Shown one piece after another: positions 9,349 through 20,560 of a stretch of DNA of 64,000 nt. The DNA is taken from sequence record NZ_CP104760.1; one strand, given 5' to 3'. The translations under genes were made by a program, and so were the position numbers. Under the pieces are notes generated by a model that was not told the origin of the DNA, made no database searches, and was given only the letters and a program-made list of their open reading frames with translations. Positions within the stretch are counted from its first letter, which is position 1; every line of letters starts with the position of its first letter. The DNA comes from a plasmid.

Positions 9349-10254
9349 TTAATTTTCCTCTACGGCCTGGATGGATTTTACGCGTGAGAATAAAGGTTTC
9401 AGCGATCCTTGCGGGCTGCGCTGCGCGCTTTTCGCCAGATGCCGTTCGACAAAATACTGAATGGCGGAGAGTGCCGTAGTGATAATCAAATACCAGGCTG
9501 CGCCCACCATCAGCAGCGGAATGACCTCCTGGTTGCGGTTGTAGATCATCTGAATGGTGTAAAACAGCTCCGGCATGGCCAGCACATAAACCATCGCGGT
9601 TCCCTTCGCCAGACTGATGATTTCATTAAAAGCAGTAGGAATAATGGCTCTAAGCGCCTGCGGCAGGATAATGCGCAGGGTTCTGCGCCGCGCGGAAAGC
9701 CCCAGCGCTGCGGCTGCCTCAAACTGGCCATGATCGACGCCCATAAAGCCGCCGCGAATGATCTCCGCGCTGTAGGCGGACTGTACTAATGTCAGGCCGA
9801 TCACCGCGGCGGGAAACTGTCCAAGCACGTTGATCGTCGGGAAACTGCCCCAGCTCAGCGTGGTAAAGGGGATGCCTATTGAGAGCCGGTCATAGAGATA
9901 GGAGAAGTTATAAAGCACGATTAGCACCACGATCAGCGGCAGCGAGCGAAACAGCCAGATATAGCCCCAGGAGAGCGTCCGCAGCAGCCATGAGGATGAC
10001 ATACGCGCCATCGCGAGCAGGCCGCCAAACAGCAGGCTAAGTACGGTGCCCCACAGCGTCAGCAGCAGCGTCTGCCATAAACCGTGAATAATAACCGGAT
10101 CAAAAAACCATCGCGCAAATACGCCCCATTCCCAGCGCGGGTTCAGCGCGACTGACTGAATAATCCCGGCGAAAATCGCCAGCGCGAAGATACTGCCTGC
10201 GATCCTTCCGGGATAGCGCGCCGGAACGACTTTTAATGTGTGGTGTTTATTCAT
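9349..10254 (-). CDS. Amino-acid ABC transporter permease
   Basis: Polytopic membrane protein. Stop abuts the ATPase start and overlaps the GNAT stop. Confidence 0.85.
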   Translation of the reverse strand: MNKHHTLKVVPARYPGRIAGSIFALAIFAGIIQSVALNPRWEWGVFARWFFDPVIIHGLWQTLLLTLWGTVLSLLFGGLLAMARMSSSWLLRTLSWGYIWLFRSLPLIVVLIVLYNFSYLYDRLSIGIPFTTLSWGSFPTINVLGQFPAAVIGLTLVQSAYSAEIIRGGFMGVDHGQFEAAAALGLSARRRTLRIILPQALRAIIPTAFNEIISLAKGTAMVYVLAMPELFYTIQMIYNRNQEVIPLLMVGAAWYLIITTALSAIQYFVERHLAKSAQRSPQGSLKPLFSRVKSIQAVEEN

Positions 10255-10769
10255 CAGGAATTCACTTCAAGAGGGTCAATGGCCTTGCGGAAACCCAGTC
10301 GGCCGTCGTAAGGAGGCAGCGAGTAGCGCTCCAGATCGCCGCTCAGATCGTGCAGGGCGTGAAAACCGTGGCGCAGATAGAGCCGGGTGGCGCCGCGCTG
10401 CCGGAAGCCGGTTGTCAGGTAGATCTGGCTATAGCCCGCTTTCGCCGCCAGTCTCTCCAGCTCCGATAATATTTCTCCCGCCAGGCCCTGCTGGCGAAGA
10501 TCGGATCGCACCCAGATGCGCTTGAATTCGGCGGTCTGCGCGTCATAGCGTTTAAAGCCGCCCATGGCGAGGATCTGGCCCGCCTTCTCCAGCACGATAA
10601 AGCCACCCTGAGGCGGCAGATACCATTCGGTTTGTTCAGGCACGGCGTGACGAGAAAAGTAGTCGCCATAGATGCTGGCGTACTCTTCCATTAGCCCTTT
10701 CATAATCTCTGCGAGCGCCTCGTCAGCCGGCGAGACGAGGCGAAAAGCGTAGCTGCTCTCCAGCGGCAT
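10254..10769 (-). CDS. GNAT-family N-acetyltransferase
   Basis: Acetyl-CoA binding motif (RSDLRQQGLAGEILSELERLA) with GNAT fold hallmarks. Confidence 0.8.
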   Translation of the reverse strand: MPLESSYAFRLVSPADEALAEIMKGLMEEYASIYGDYFSRHAVPEQTEWYLPPQGGFIVLEKAGQILAMGGFKRYDAQTAEFKRIWVRSDLRQQGLAGEILSELERLAAKAGYSQIYLTTGFRQRGATRLYLRHGFHALHDLSGDLERYSLPPYDGRLGFRKAIDPLEVNS

Positions 10770-10770
10770 A

Positions 10771-11712
10771 CTAATCTCCCAGTCCTGGCGGATTAATTTC
10801 AGAGCGATCGATTTTTTCGATCCCCTCGCCCCAGCGATTCAGCACCTTGAGGTAGTCACCGTTTTCAATAACGCCGTTAAGCGCGACGTTAACGGCGTTT
10901 ACCAGCCCTGAATCTTTTTTAACGGCCGCGCCGATATGTGCCGTTTTCGGCCAGCCGCCTGCCACGCTGCCGACCCGATGCGTAGTGCCCGTCAGGGCGG
11001 CTTTCCAGGCGCCGATCACATTAGGGCCAAAGTAGGCATCTGCGCGTCCCGATTGCAGCGTCAGATTGAGCATCGCTTCATCGCGGGAATAAACCGGAGT
11101 GAAGGGTTTAAGCCCTTTCGCCTGATTCTGCTTGTCCCAGGCCAGCAGCACCGCTTCCTGATTGGTGCCGGAGGTCACGATAATGCGCAGCCCGGCAATA
11201 TCCTCTGGCTTAGAGATTGAGGTAATGGGGCTATCCTTTTTCACGTAGAAGCCCAGCGTATCGCGGCGATAGGTGGCGAAGTCAAACTTTGCCTTGCGCG
11301 CGTTCGTTACCGTTACGTTGGTGATAGCGGCATCATATTTCCCTGCGATAACGCCCAGCGGCCAGTCTTCCCACGAGGTCGGGACGATATTCAGCTTCAG
11401 GCCCAGGCTATCCGCGATCAGCCTTGCCATATCGACCTCGCTGCCGAGCAGGGTTTTATTGTCGTCGGCATAAACAAAAAGCGGGGGAGAGTTATGTGCC
11501 AGTACTGCCACGGTAAAGTAGCCGGGCTTTACAAAATGAAAGTCCTTTGGCAGCACGGCAAGCGCCGCGGGATTTTCAGGCGTATCGACAGGTTGTTTAT
11601 TCGCTTCGAGGCTGATGGGCTGACCGTTCAGCGAGACAGCGTTCTCATCCGCCAGCACCGGACAGGTGGCGAATAACAGCAGAGCGACTGAAAGCGTTTT
11701 TTTGATATTCAT
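10771..11712 (-). CDS. ABC transporter substrate-binding protein, family 3 (second copy)
   Basis: Signal peptide. Clear paralogue of 7447..8358 (shared DWPLG, SGTNQE, KGLKP blocks). Confidence 0.8.
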   Translation of the reverse strand: MNIKKTLSVALLLFATCPVLADENAVSLNGQPISLEANKQPVDTPENPAALAVLPKDFHFVKPGYFTVAVLAHNSPPLFVYADDNKTLLGSEVDMARLIADSLGLKLNIVPTSWEDWPLGVIAGKYDAAITNVTVTNARKAKFDFATYRRDTLGFYVKKDSPITSISKPEDIAGLRIIVTSGTNQEAVLLAWDKQNQAKGLKPFTPVYSRDEAMLNLTLQSGRADAYFGPNVIGAWKAALTGTTHRVGSVAGGWPKTAHIGAAVKKDSGLVNAVNVALNGVIENGDYLKVLNRWGEGIEKIDRSEINPPGLGD

Positions 11713-13025
11713 TGACCCGCCTGCCGTTGCGTTATTTTTTTGTTCAGCAAATTCTCCCGCAGGGTATTTGCGCGATAGCTTTTGGGCGTAAGCCCTCTTT
11801 CCTGAAGAAGCGGCACGACCCGATCGACGAAGCGGGGAAACGTATCGGGCGTTCCGCCCATGATGATAAAACCGTCTGCTGCTCTGTTCTCAAACCAGTG
11901 CTGCAGTCCGTCGGCTACCTCTTCTGCCGTGCCGATAAACACCGGACGCGGCGTCGCGGACTCCAGCGCCGCCTGGCGTAGCGTAAAGCCTTGCTCTTTC
12001 GCCTTGCGTTTGATTTCGTCGGTATAGCCGCGAAAGCTGTTCTGCCCGAGCGTGCCCAGCTCCGGGAAAGGTTCGTCGAGCGGATACTGTGAAAAATCAT
12101 GGTGATCAAAATAGCGACCCAGGAAGTTCAGTGCCTCCTCGACGGAAACCAGCCCGGCGACGGACTGATACTGCTTTTCCGCATCCTCGGCGGACTCACC
12201 GACAATCACCGTCACGCCCTGCAAAATCGCTAAGTCAGCTTCGCTGCGCCCATAGTTGTTCAGCTCTCCTTTCAGGGATTCATAATAGGCCTGCGCTTTT
12301 TCGACGCTGTCCTGACGGGTAAAGACCGCCTCTGCCTGGGCGGCGGCGAGCGCGATCCCCGCATCGGAGGTGCCCGCCTGGAATATAACCGGCTGCCCCT
12401 GCGCCGAACGTCCTATATTCAGCGGACCCTGAACCTGAAAATATTTACCTTCGTGATTGAGGGTGTGCATTTTCTCCGGTTCAAAGAACTGGCCCGTCTC
12501 TTTATTGCGCACAAACGCATCTTCATCCCAGGAGTTCCATAAGCCTTTCACCACCTCGATATACTCTTGCGCTATCTGGTAGCGCTCTCCATGGTCGGGA
12601 TGCTTCTCGCGGGAAAAGTTTTTCGCCGAGCCCTCAAGCGGCGTCGTGACCACGTTCCAGCCCGCCCGCCCATCACTGAGATGATCGAGGCTCATAAATT
12701 GCCGGGCAACGGTAAACGGTTCGCTGTAGGAGGTCGAGACGGTGCCGACCAGTCCGATTTTGCGGGTTACCAGCGCCAGCGCGGAGAGCAGCGTCATCGG
12801 CTCAAAGCGGTTGAGAAAGTGGGGCGCGGATTTTGCGTTAATAAAGAGGCCATCGGCGACAAAGACAAAATCGAAAATTCCCTCTTCCGCCTTGGTCGCA
12901 ATGCTGCGTGCGAAATCAAAGCTGATGCTGGCATCTGCCTGCGCGGTTTGATGACGCCATGCGGACATATTTCCCATCGCGCCATGGATCATGGTGCCAA
13001 GATGCATTTTCCTGTTTTTCATCAT
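11709..13025 (-). CDS. LLM-class flavin-dependent monooxygenase, NtaA/SnaA/DszA/SsuD-like subfamily
   Basis: About 440 aa, NtaA-family sequence pattern. 4-nt overlap with downstream SBP gene. Confidence 0.8.
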   Translation of the reverse strand: MMKNRKMHLGTMIHGAMGNMSAWRHQTAQADASISFDFARSIATKAEEGIFDFVFVADGLFINAKSAPHFLNRFEPMTLLSALALVTRKIGLVGTVSTSYSEPFTVARQFMSLDHLSDGRAGWNVVTTPLEGSAKNFSREKHPDHGERYQIAQEYIEVVKGLWNSWDEDAFVRNKETGQFFEPEKMHTLNHEGKYFQVQGPLNIGRSAQGQPVIFQAGTSDAGIALAAAQAEAVFTRQDSVEKAQAYYESLKGELNNYGRSEADLAILQGVTVIVGESAEDAEKQYQSVAGLVSVEEALNFLGRYFDHHDFSQYPLDEPFPELGTLGQNSFRGYTDEIKRKAKEQGFTLRQAALESATPRPVFIGTAEEVADGLQHWFENRAADGFIIMGGTPDTFPRFVDRVVPLLQERGLTPKSYRANTLRENLLNKKITQRQAGQ

Positions 13026-13110
13026 ATTCCAGATTAATCAATGCCGGTAAATAAGACGTATGAATAGCCGCCGCTTTTACCTGGGGCGGCTATTTATCCC
13101 TGACGTCACG

Positions 13111-14100
13111 TTAATTAAGCGATCTATTCGCTAGCAGTTCGATCGATCTCACCCGGGCGCGCGCTTCCGCGACAGGCGTATCAACGATGAATTCATCAAT
13201 ATGATATTTCTCATGCAGTCGCGTCAGCTTTTGGTGGATATCGCCAGCGGTGCCGTGCAGCAGCGACGGCATCCGCTTTTCAATGGTGTAATGCTGATAC
13301 CCCGCCTGCCTGACGTAGAGTTCAGCCAGCTCGTAAGTCGAGACGTTAACGCCCGGCTGGCCTTCGGCCATGACGTGATAAACACACAGGCCCTCAGCGA
13401 GCGCGGCGGCCTCAGCCTGGGTGGTGGCGGCGATGACCTGAAGCGCCACCAGCGCTTTTTTGCCGCCGCTGTGCTCCGTGTAGGCCAGCAAAGCGTCCTG
13501 CATCAGCTGTTCGTCGCCGTTGATGTGTGCCGCATAGACAAAATCCCACCCCAGCTCGGCGGCGAGCCGGGCGCTTTCCCGGCTGGCGCCGAGTAAAAAT
13601 CGCGAGGCGGGCTGAGCAGGGGCGGGCGTCGCCTTGAGTTCCTTCTGCTTTTCCTCCCGCGCTGGCCGTAACCAGCCGTCCAGCAGGCGAATCTGAGCGG
13701 CAAAGTCGCCTTTTTCTGCGGGATTCACGCCCTGTTGCAGCGCCCTGGTGGCAAGCGGCAGGCCGCCGGGCGCTTTACCCACACCTAAATCGATACGGTC
13801 AGGCGCAAGCGCAGAAAGCAGGTTAAAATTCTCCGCTACTTTATAAGGGCTGTAGTGCTGGAGCATGACCCCGCCTGAGCCGAGCCGAATGCTTTTCGTC
13901 TCGCCGATCGCTCTGGCGATCAGCAACTCCGGCGAAGGGCTGGCCAGGGCCGTGGAGTTATGGTGCTCCGCAAACCAGTAGCGGTGATAGCCTAATCGCT
14001 CCGCTATCTGAACGAGCTGCAATGAGCGAGACAGTGCGCTCGCTGCGTCTTCAGATTTATCGAGCGGGCATTTATCCAAAATGCTTAGCTGGTAGGTCAT
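13111..14100 (-). CDS. Luciferase-like (LLM) flavin-dependent oxidoreductase
   Basis: Start moved to ATG at 14100 (MTYQLSILDK), which has a perfect AGGAGG RBS. Luciferase-like TIM barrel family. Confidence 0.75.
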   Translation of the reverse strand: MTYQLSILDKCPLDKSEDAASALSRSLQLVQIAERLGYHRYWFAEHHNSTALASPSPELLIARAIGETKSIRLGSGGVMLQHYSPYKVAENFNLLSALAPDRIDLGVGKAPGGLPLATRALQQGVNPAEKGDFAAQIRLLDGWLRPAREEKQKELKATPAPAQPASRFLLGASRESARLAAELGWDFVYAAHINGDEQLMQDALLAYTEHSGGKKALVALQVIAATTQAEAAALAEGLCVYHVMAEGQPGVNVSTYELAELYVRQAGYQHYTIEKRMPSLLHGTAGDIHQKLTRLHEKYHIDEFIVDTPVAEARARVRSIELLANRSLN

Positions 14101-15298
14101 TTGTCCTCCTGTATACATGTTTGCATTTTTTTATTTATTGCCTGTGATTGCAAAGAACAAAAAAGCAAAAACAAATTATCTATCTGGCAATGCAGCAAGC
14201 TTTTTTCTGGGCTCGGTTGTCACTTTTCTGCTTTTTCACTCTTTTTCGCTAAGCGATCAACTTTAAATTAAGGGCGTTTGCCGGGCGGTGGGGAGCCAGA
14301 AAATCAACGGCTTTAACCGCTTATTAGCGGGAAAGGATTGCCTGACAGGATGAATGATATGAAACCATCAAGATAAAGCGTGACAAATACCTTTTTTAAC
14401 TAACAGTTATTTCTAAGCGTGAGATCGCTAAGACAAGAAGAAAGAGAGTGGCAATTACTGATTTTCAGCCAACGGGATTGTTATTATTTCAAACAGGCGA
14501 ACCCGGGTAGTAATCGATCCCACCCTAAACGAGACGTTAAAGCGTAACGCGGCGGATGAGGATAGTGAGCATTTTGTAACTTTTTGATGTTTAAATATTG
14601 GCTGTTTCGCCCGAAGGAAATTTACGCACGGGCATCAACTTTTAGCCGTTAACAAGGCGTTTGAGCAAGAGGGCGGGAAAGAGAGGTATTTTGCGGTAAA
14701 GAACTGACGGCACAGGTTTGCGTCGGGAAAATAACCGAACGCCATCTTATGGGATTAATAGTAGATTAAAATAACACACTCCAGCTCTTCCTGAAGACGG
14801 TATACTTCTTTGAAGTAACTTTGGCATTCGGCGTTGTTATAGTTAGCCGCATCATTATTTTTCAGGCGCTCACATATCTTGCCATAAAGAAAGCGGTAAG
14901 CGTGCTTGTCCGAATTTTCGCCATGGCAAACAAAATGAAGGAAATTCAGGGTATGTCCATACTCTATAAAGCCCAGGGCCGCAGCCGGGATAAAATATGC
15001 CTTTTTGATAATCTACCAGTCGATATTTTCTGAACAGGGCTTTGTTTCCCTTTGGGCGGGGCGCTACCTTCTTACGCGGCGGCACCTGATACCATAACCG
15101 TTGCTGGCGGCAAAATTAACTTTAACGCTTCAGTTATAGCGGCCCCTGTGCGGTATATAATTCATCTGATGGCCAGCATGCCACGCTGGGTCAGATTGCC
15201 AGAGACAGCGCGTAATCCCCTTACCCGTTACACCGGCGAAGGATTACGCGCGGAAATGTCCTCACAAAAGCGCTGACAGAACAGATGCCAGCCTGAAA

Positions 15299-17488
15299 TC
15301 AGAACACCACAGAATAATTGAGACCAAAGGTTCGGCCACGGCCCTTATAGGTATAAAGGCCTGCATCGCCATAGGTCGGGCTGTAAAGCCCCGGCGCTCG
15401 CTGACCCCATACCGTGGTGTAATCCTTATCCAGCAGGTTCTCTACGCTGAAGCTGAGTTTTCCGACCGGCAGAGCGTAGCTTCCCAGGAAATCAACGGTG
15501 TTATAGCCATCGATTTTTTTCCCATCAGCGTCGGTGAGATCAAAGGTTTGCGTGCTCTGGACGCGCAGATTCCAGTCGCCCGGCGCCCAGTTCAGCCAGG
15601 CGCTGACTTTAGATGGGCTGGCGCTGTCTATTGTCAGCTTCTCCCATTTATCCTCTACGCGCGTTTCCGATTTGATGATATTGAAGTTAGAGCCGGTGCT
15701 CCATTCGCTGTCGTCAAAGAAATAATCAACCTGTCCCTCAACGCCATAAATGCGACGCTTGTCGTCATCCAGATTAATGGTCATGTCGGTTTTATTGATA
15801 CTGATGGTTTTATCTGAGAGCGAATAATAGGCCGCGAGCTGGGTGCGCAGGTTATCCCCGGTAAAGCGCCAGCCTAGCTCATAAGAATCAACTTTAATCC
15901 CATCCAGTCTGGAATCATTCACGTTAACGCTGTTGGTGAGGTTGTAATGGCCGTTAGCTAACCGGTAGGTGCCTGAGCCGTAATATTTTGCCAGGTCCGG
16001 GATTTCAAAGCCCTGCGAGAAGTTAAACCATACCTGCTGGCGCTCGGTCAGACGTCCCAGAATGCCGGCATTGAACAGCAGATTATTGTAGTCAGTTGAA
16101 CCGCCAGGAACTGCATCCGCCGACCTCGCCTGGCCGGTGGCGATCGCCTGCTGCTGCGCATAGCCAACAAAGTCGTCTACCTTGTTTTTCGTATACTGAT
16201 AGCGAACGCCGCCGCTTAGCGTGATGGCATCGATGTCGTAGCTGGACTGCAGGAATGGCGCGAGGTTGGTAATGCTGTAGCCCGGATAGCGCCCGACATT
16301 ATAGGCATTTTTCAGCGTCATCCCGCCGCTTTGCGCAGCCGTGTTCAGGTCAAAGAATTGCTGGTTAGCGTCAAAGGTTTCATGATCGACGTCGACACCG
16401 TAAGTCAGCGACAGAGAGTCGACCGGTTTACTGTTAATGGTCAATTTGCCGCCATAAAAATCGGTTTTTTGCTGCGAGGCGCCGATGCTGGTGACGCGAT
16501 TGCGGCTGAGGGTAGGGAAAGGGTAGAAGCTCAGGTTTTCGTCACGATAGTAAACCTGTGCCACCAGATCCTGACCCATAAAATCGGTATTGGAATACTG
16601 CAGGTTAATCAGATGGCGCTCGGTTCCAGGCAGACGGTCAGAGTCGAGACTGCCAGAATTGTGGGCGTTGCCGGAGCCGGTTACGGCCGAGAAGTTCTCG
16701 CCCAGATAAAGCCCGTGTTTGCCGTCTGATTCGCTTTTGAAGTACTGCGTGGTCAGCTGCAGCTGCTGGTTCTCATCAATATTGAGCGTGCCGGTGCCCA
16801 TAATATCCAGGCGATCGGAGTACTGCAGCCCGGTCTGGGTATTATCGATGATCGCCTCATTGCCTTTGCCATCATACCAGCCGCCATAGCGCTGATAGGC
16901 AACCGACAGGCGGCCCGCAGCCTTGTCGTCGCCGCCGCTCACGGCAGCGGCAATATTTTCATCACGATCGTTATGGCTGTTGAACCCGCTCTTAAACCCG
17001 GTTTGCAGTTCCGCTTCTGTTCCCGCCTGGCCTTTTTTAGTGACGATGTTAATCAAGCCGCCGGTACTGCCGCCGCCGTAGAGCGAGGTTGCGCCTGAAA
17101 TCACCTCAATACGTTCGATATTAAAGGGATCGATCGCGTCCAGCTGGCGGCTGTCGCTGCGCGATGAGTTGAGGCGAACGCCGTCCACCATCACCATCAT
17201 CGAGCGACCGCGCATGTTCATGCCGTAGTTCGTTCGCCCCTGACTGCTGACGTCCATGCCTGGAATAAGCTGCGCCAGCACCTCCTTCAACTCTTTACCG
17301 CCCTGAACCTGCTGCTCAATCTCAGCCTGCTCAATGATCCAAGTGGTTTGCGCCATCTCCGCCACGCTGCGATGCGTGCGGCTGGCGGAGACGACCATCT
17401 GTTCTTCTTTTGGCTCTTCAGCCCAGGCGCTGGAAGAGAGCATTGCGAGTAAACAAGGATTTAAAACCCACAGATACGGCTGTTTCAT
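15299..17488 (-). CDS. iutA: TonB-dependent ferric aerobactin receptor
   Basis: Near-colinear similarity to IutA as recalled (SRTHRSVAEMAQTTWIIE..., TonB box region, C-terminal RTFGLNYSVVF). Confidence 0.9.
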   Translation of the reverse strand: MKQPYLWVLNPCLLAMLSSSAWAEEPKEEQMVVSASRTHRSVAEMAQTTWIIEQAEIEQQVQGGKELKEVLAQLIPGMDVSSQGRTNYGMNMRGRSMMVMVDGVRLNSSRSDSRQLDAIDPFNIERIEVISGATSLYGGGSTGGLINIVTKKGQAGTEAELQTGFKSGFNSHNDRDENIAAAVSGGDDKAAGRLSVAYQRYGGWYDGKGNEAIIDNTQTGLQYSDRLDIMGTGTLNIDENQQLQLTTQYFKSESDGKHGLYLGENFSAVTGSGNAHNSGSLDSDRLPGTERHLINLQYSNTDFMGQDLVAQVYYRDENLSFYPFPTLSRNRVTSIGASQQKTDFYGGKLTINSKPVDSLSLTYGVDVDHETFDANQQFFDLNTAAQSGGMTLKNAYNVGRYPGYSITNLAPFLQSSYDIDAITLSGGVRYQYTKNKVDDFVGYAQQQAIATGQARSADAVPGGSTDYNNLLFNAGILGRLTERQQVWFNFSQGFEIPDLAKYYGSGTYRLANGHYNLTNSVNVNDSRLDGIKVDSYELGWRFTGDNLRTQLAAYYSLSDKTISINKTDMTINLDDDKRRIYGVEGQVDYFFDDSEWSTGSNFNIIKSETRVEDKWEKLTIDSASPSKVSAWLNWAPGDWNLRVQSTQTFDLTDADGKKIDGYNTVDFLGSYALPVGKLSFSVENLLDKDYTTVWGQRAPGLYSPTYGDAGLYTYKGRGRTFGLNYSVVF

Positions 17489-17510
17489 TTGTTATTTTTT
17501 TCCGATGAAT

Positions 17511-18836
17511 TTAATACTGAAATGAATTAACGGATTGTTGATGATCCTGTTCGTGCTGCTCCGGCTGCTGTGTACGCCAGTGGATCACGCCAGGGGTGGT
17601 GGTCAGCTCGAAGGGCGCTTCCGGGTGCGCGCGATTGAGAATGCGGGCGGCACGCCAGGCCATCAGGCTGAGCTGGGGTTCAGCAATGCCAAGGCGCTGC
17701 ATCCCGGCATTGACGGCAAAAAGGCAATTACTTTCCGGCCCGTCCCAGTTAAGGGTGAAATCAGTGTTGATCTGGAAATTTTCGTCGCGGTCCAGCGGCA
17801 GGCGGTGCGCGACTGGCGCCAGGAAGGCTGGGCGCACAGCGCGGTAGCCGGTAGCAAAAATCACCACATCCGTTATCAGCTCCTCTTCTCCGCTGTCGAG
17901 GTGATGACGCAGCCCCAGCCGCTGCGCATCCTGTTCCTGCTGAAGAGAGATAACCGAACGTGACGGCATCAGACGCGCCCACGGCTGCTCGCGCAGCACT
18001 TCAAACCGGTGATACATCGCCCGATAGATGGCGAGAAGCGACTCGCTGGTAATGCCGTCTGACGTCATCTTCTGTTCGTTCAACATCTGCTGACGTGCGC
18101 TTTCGTCCAGAGTCGAGAAGCTTTCCAGATATTCCGGCGTGAAATACTCATTGGCAAAGGCGGCTTCATCCAGCGCGTTGTAGTTGTTGCGGCGCGATAC
18201 CCAGTTCAGTGAGGCGGGCTGGCCCCACTCGCCGCGGAAGATATTGAGGAAAAGATCGGCTCCGCTCTGTCCTCCGCCGACAAGAGTGACGCGCTTATTT
18301 CTCAGGTCTGGCTTGCGCAGCATCATCTCGCTGGCGTGGAAGCAGCGATCGCTCTGTTCAGTGACGCACGCTGGCAGACTGGCCTGTTTGCCAATGCCAA
18401 GGCATATATGTCGCGCCTGAAAACGGTCGTGGGCGGTTTCGACCGTGAACAGCCGGGTCACGTCGTTAAAACTTACGCGCGTTACCGGCTGGTTAAATGC
18501 CAGATTGCTGAGACGCTTCGCCACCCAGGCAAGGTAATCCGCAAACTCCTCTCTGGACACCGTACGCTGTTCAGTGGTCAAGAAGCGGTAGAATTTTTTC
18601 CGCTGTACCAGATAGTTAACAAAGCTATAGCGGTTCGTCGGCTCAACTGCGCTCACCAGATCTTTGAGAAAGCAGGTTTGCATCGCGCAGTCTGGCACCA
18701 TCATGCCCGGATGCCAGGCGAAGTGGGGCTTACGCTCAAGAAACAGCGAGCTAAAACCTTCCAGTCCTTCAGCCAGAGCGGCAACGCTGAGGTTGAACGG
18801 TCCGATGCCGATGCCAATGAAATCATATACCTTCAT
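17511..18836 (-). CDS. iucD: L-lysine N6-monooxygenase (aerobactin biosynthesis)
   Basis: FAD/NADPH motifs (GIGIGPFNLS, VGGGQSGAD). Strong similarity to IucD blocks (HPGMMVPDC, ATGY). Confidence 0.9.
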   Translation of the reverse strand: MKVYDFIGIGIGPFNLSVAALAEGLEGFSSLFLERKPHFAWHPGMMVPDCAMQTCFLKDLVSAVEPTNRYSFVNYLVQRKKFYRFLTTEQRTVSREEFADYLAWVAKRLSNLAFNQPVTRVSFNDVTRLFTVETAHDRFQARHICLGIGKQASLPACVTEQSDRCFHASEMMLRKPDLRNKRVTLVGGGQSGADLFLNIFRGEWGQPASLNWVSRRNNYNALDEAAFANEYFTPEYLESFSTLDESARQQMLNEQKMTSDGITSESLLAIYRAMYHRFEVLREQPWARLMPSRSVISLQQEQDAQRLGLRHHLDSGEEELITDVVIFATGYRAVRPAFLAPVAHRLPLDRDENFQINTDFTLNWDGPESNCLFAVNAGMQRLGIAEPQLSLMAWRAARILNRAHPEAPFELTTTPGVIHWRTQQPEQHEQDHQQSVNSFQY

Positions 18837-20560
18837 TTTGCAGACTCCTGGGTGACCAGATAGAGAGGGTTATCAAGATCGGTGAGATAGTCAGGCAGCA
18901 TTCGGCTGCCGCCGTCATGCTCTGAGAAAGTCAGCTTTACCGGATTGAGGATGACGCGGATGATCTGTGGCCTGAACAGGTCAAACATAGCGAAGCGCTC
19001 GGCCATCTCCGGGTGTTGCGCCATGTACTGCTGAACCGTGCTGGCGAGCAGGCGGTAGAAATGGGGTTCGTCGATGCCCGACTGCAGCGTGAGACGAGAG
19101 ATAAAGCGCAGCACGGTGACAAAATGTCCGGTCTGCAGGTCGTGAATAAGATAGTCGGCGCTGAGGCGCGCGGTGACATCCTTAACGGCGGCGGGCAGCG
19201 ACGCCGCTTCCGGAAAATCTTTATCAACGAGGCGCATATCGCCCTGAAAATCCTTGAGCAGAATGCGCTGCGGTATAGCGTCCTTCATCACCAGCGTGAC
19301 GTTCTGACCATGCGCAATAAGCGCCACGCCGTAGCGACACATCAGGTGATAGAAGGGGATCACGACCGCTTCAAACATCCGGCTAAGCCAGCTTGCCGCA
19401 TCCAGACCCGAGCGTTTGATCCAGGCGTCAATCAGCGGACGGCCGGCGTTATCCGTTTCCATCAGCGCCGCCATCAGCACGGCCTGCTCGCCCGGCTGCA
19501 GATAGCAGCAAGGGTTTTCGCGCCAGATAACGCCGAGCATCTCCTGGTAGCGATACGGCGCTTCAGGTAGCGCGGCATAGCCTTCGTGGGATAAATAGCC
19601 TGCGGCAGGCTCCGCCAGAATCTGGGCGCCCGTCGCGCGTAGCGTTTTATCCTGAGCGAACTGCGTCTTTAACCAGCCGGATGCCAGCGGCCCAGCGGCG
19701 ATATACTTTCCAGGGATGCCGCGATAGCAGGAGGTGTTGTAGATTGTCAGCGGCAGTTTGATATCGAACCGCGCCGGTCGGCTAACGTTGGTCAGCGTGC
19801 GCAGCGACTGCTGGGCCAGATAGTGGTCACCGAAGGCACCCAGCTCAACCATCTCTCCGCGTGCCAGATAAGGCAGAAAATGAATCGCGATTTTTTGCTG
19901 CCACTGCCAGGGGTGGACGGGCACTGCGATCCAGTTTTCGTCGAGTCCGGCTGACTGCCAGCGCTGATGAAAACGCGTTAACTCCGCGTCATTCATGGCA
20001 CTGGCGATCAAGGCAGAGATGTCGCACGCCTCATCGTGGCGCCAGATAAATTTATCCCGTCGAACCGCTATCCAGTGCAGGCGAAACCGGTTCCCATACT
20101 CCGGCGCATAGGCGCGCAGGGCATCCAGTCCCCAGCCGCGGCGGCCTTTGTTGAAGATAAACTTTGGATGCCCGCTGAGCAGGCACTGCAGCTCATCCGG
20201 ATCACGATCAATCAGATCGTCCGCGCTCAGGGAGTGGCGCGCTTCCAGCAGCTGTAAATCGCCGCGCAGCGTGGCGTAGAGATCTTCCAGATGCTCTGCC
20301 GTCTGGGCATCGCTCATCTCCAGCACGACGGCCAGCTGACGCAGCAGCGCGTCAGCGTCCATCTGCCCGCCGCGTAGAGAACCGGCATCGATGTGTAGCC
20401 AGCCCCAGATGCTGCGGCTGGCCGTAAATTCCCAGCGTGCCGCGCCAACGGCGATTTCCCAGCGTCCTGCTTTTTTTTCCACCGCGCGCAACGCCTGCTC
20501 GTACTCAAGCTCGGCGAGCATTTTGGCAATCATGTCGCGATTAACGCGTTCCCACATCAT
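18833..20560 (-). CDS. iucC: Aerobactin synthase (NIS synthetase type C)
   Basis: IucA/IucC family, 575 aa, position in operon; overlaps iucD start by 4 nt. Confidence 0.9.
   Translation of the reverse strand: MMWERVNRDMIAKMLAELEYEQALRAVEKKAGRWEIAVGAARWEFTASRSIWGWLHIDAGSLRGGQMDADALLRQLAVVLEMSDAQTAEHLEDLYATLRGDLQLLEARHSLSADDLIDRDPDELQCLLSGHPKFIFNKGRRGWGLDALRAYAPEYGNRFRLHWIAVRRDKFIWRHDEACDISALIASAMNDAELTRFHQRWQSAGLDENWIAVPVHPWQWQQKIAIHFLPYLARGEMVELGAFGDHYLAQQSLRTLTNVSRPARFDIKLPLTIYNTSCYRGIPGKYIAAGPLASGWLKTQFAQDKTLRATGAQILAEPAAGYLSHEGYAALPEAPYRYQEMLGVIWRENPCCYLQPGEQAVLMAALMETDNAGRPLIDAWIKRSGLDAASWLSRMFEAVVIPFYHLMCRYGVALIAHGQNVTLVMKDAIPQRILLKDFQGDMRLVDKDFPEAASLPAAVKDVTARLSADYLIHDLQTGHFVTVLRFISRLTLQSGIDEPHFYRLLASTVQQYMAQHPEMAERFAMFDLFRPQIIRVILNPVKLTFSEHDGGSRMLPDYLTDLDNPLYLVTQESAK

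Noticed and set aside
14821-15085. Overlapping 70-71-aa ORFs on both strands in the 1.2-kb spacer
   Set aside because: They are mutually overlapping, with no RBS and no domain, so they are probably chance ORFs. The region is reported as unexplained instead.
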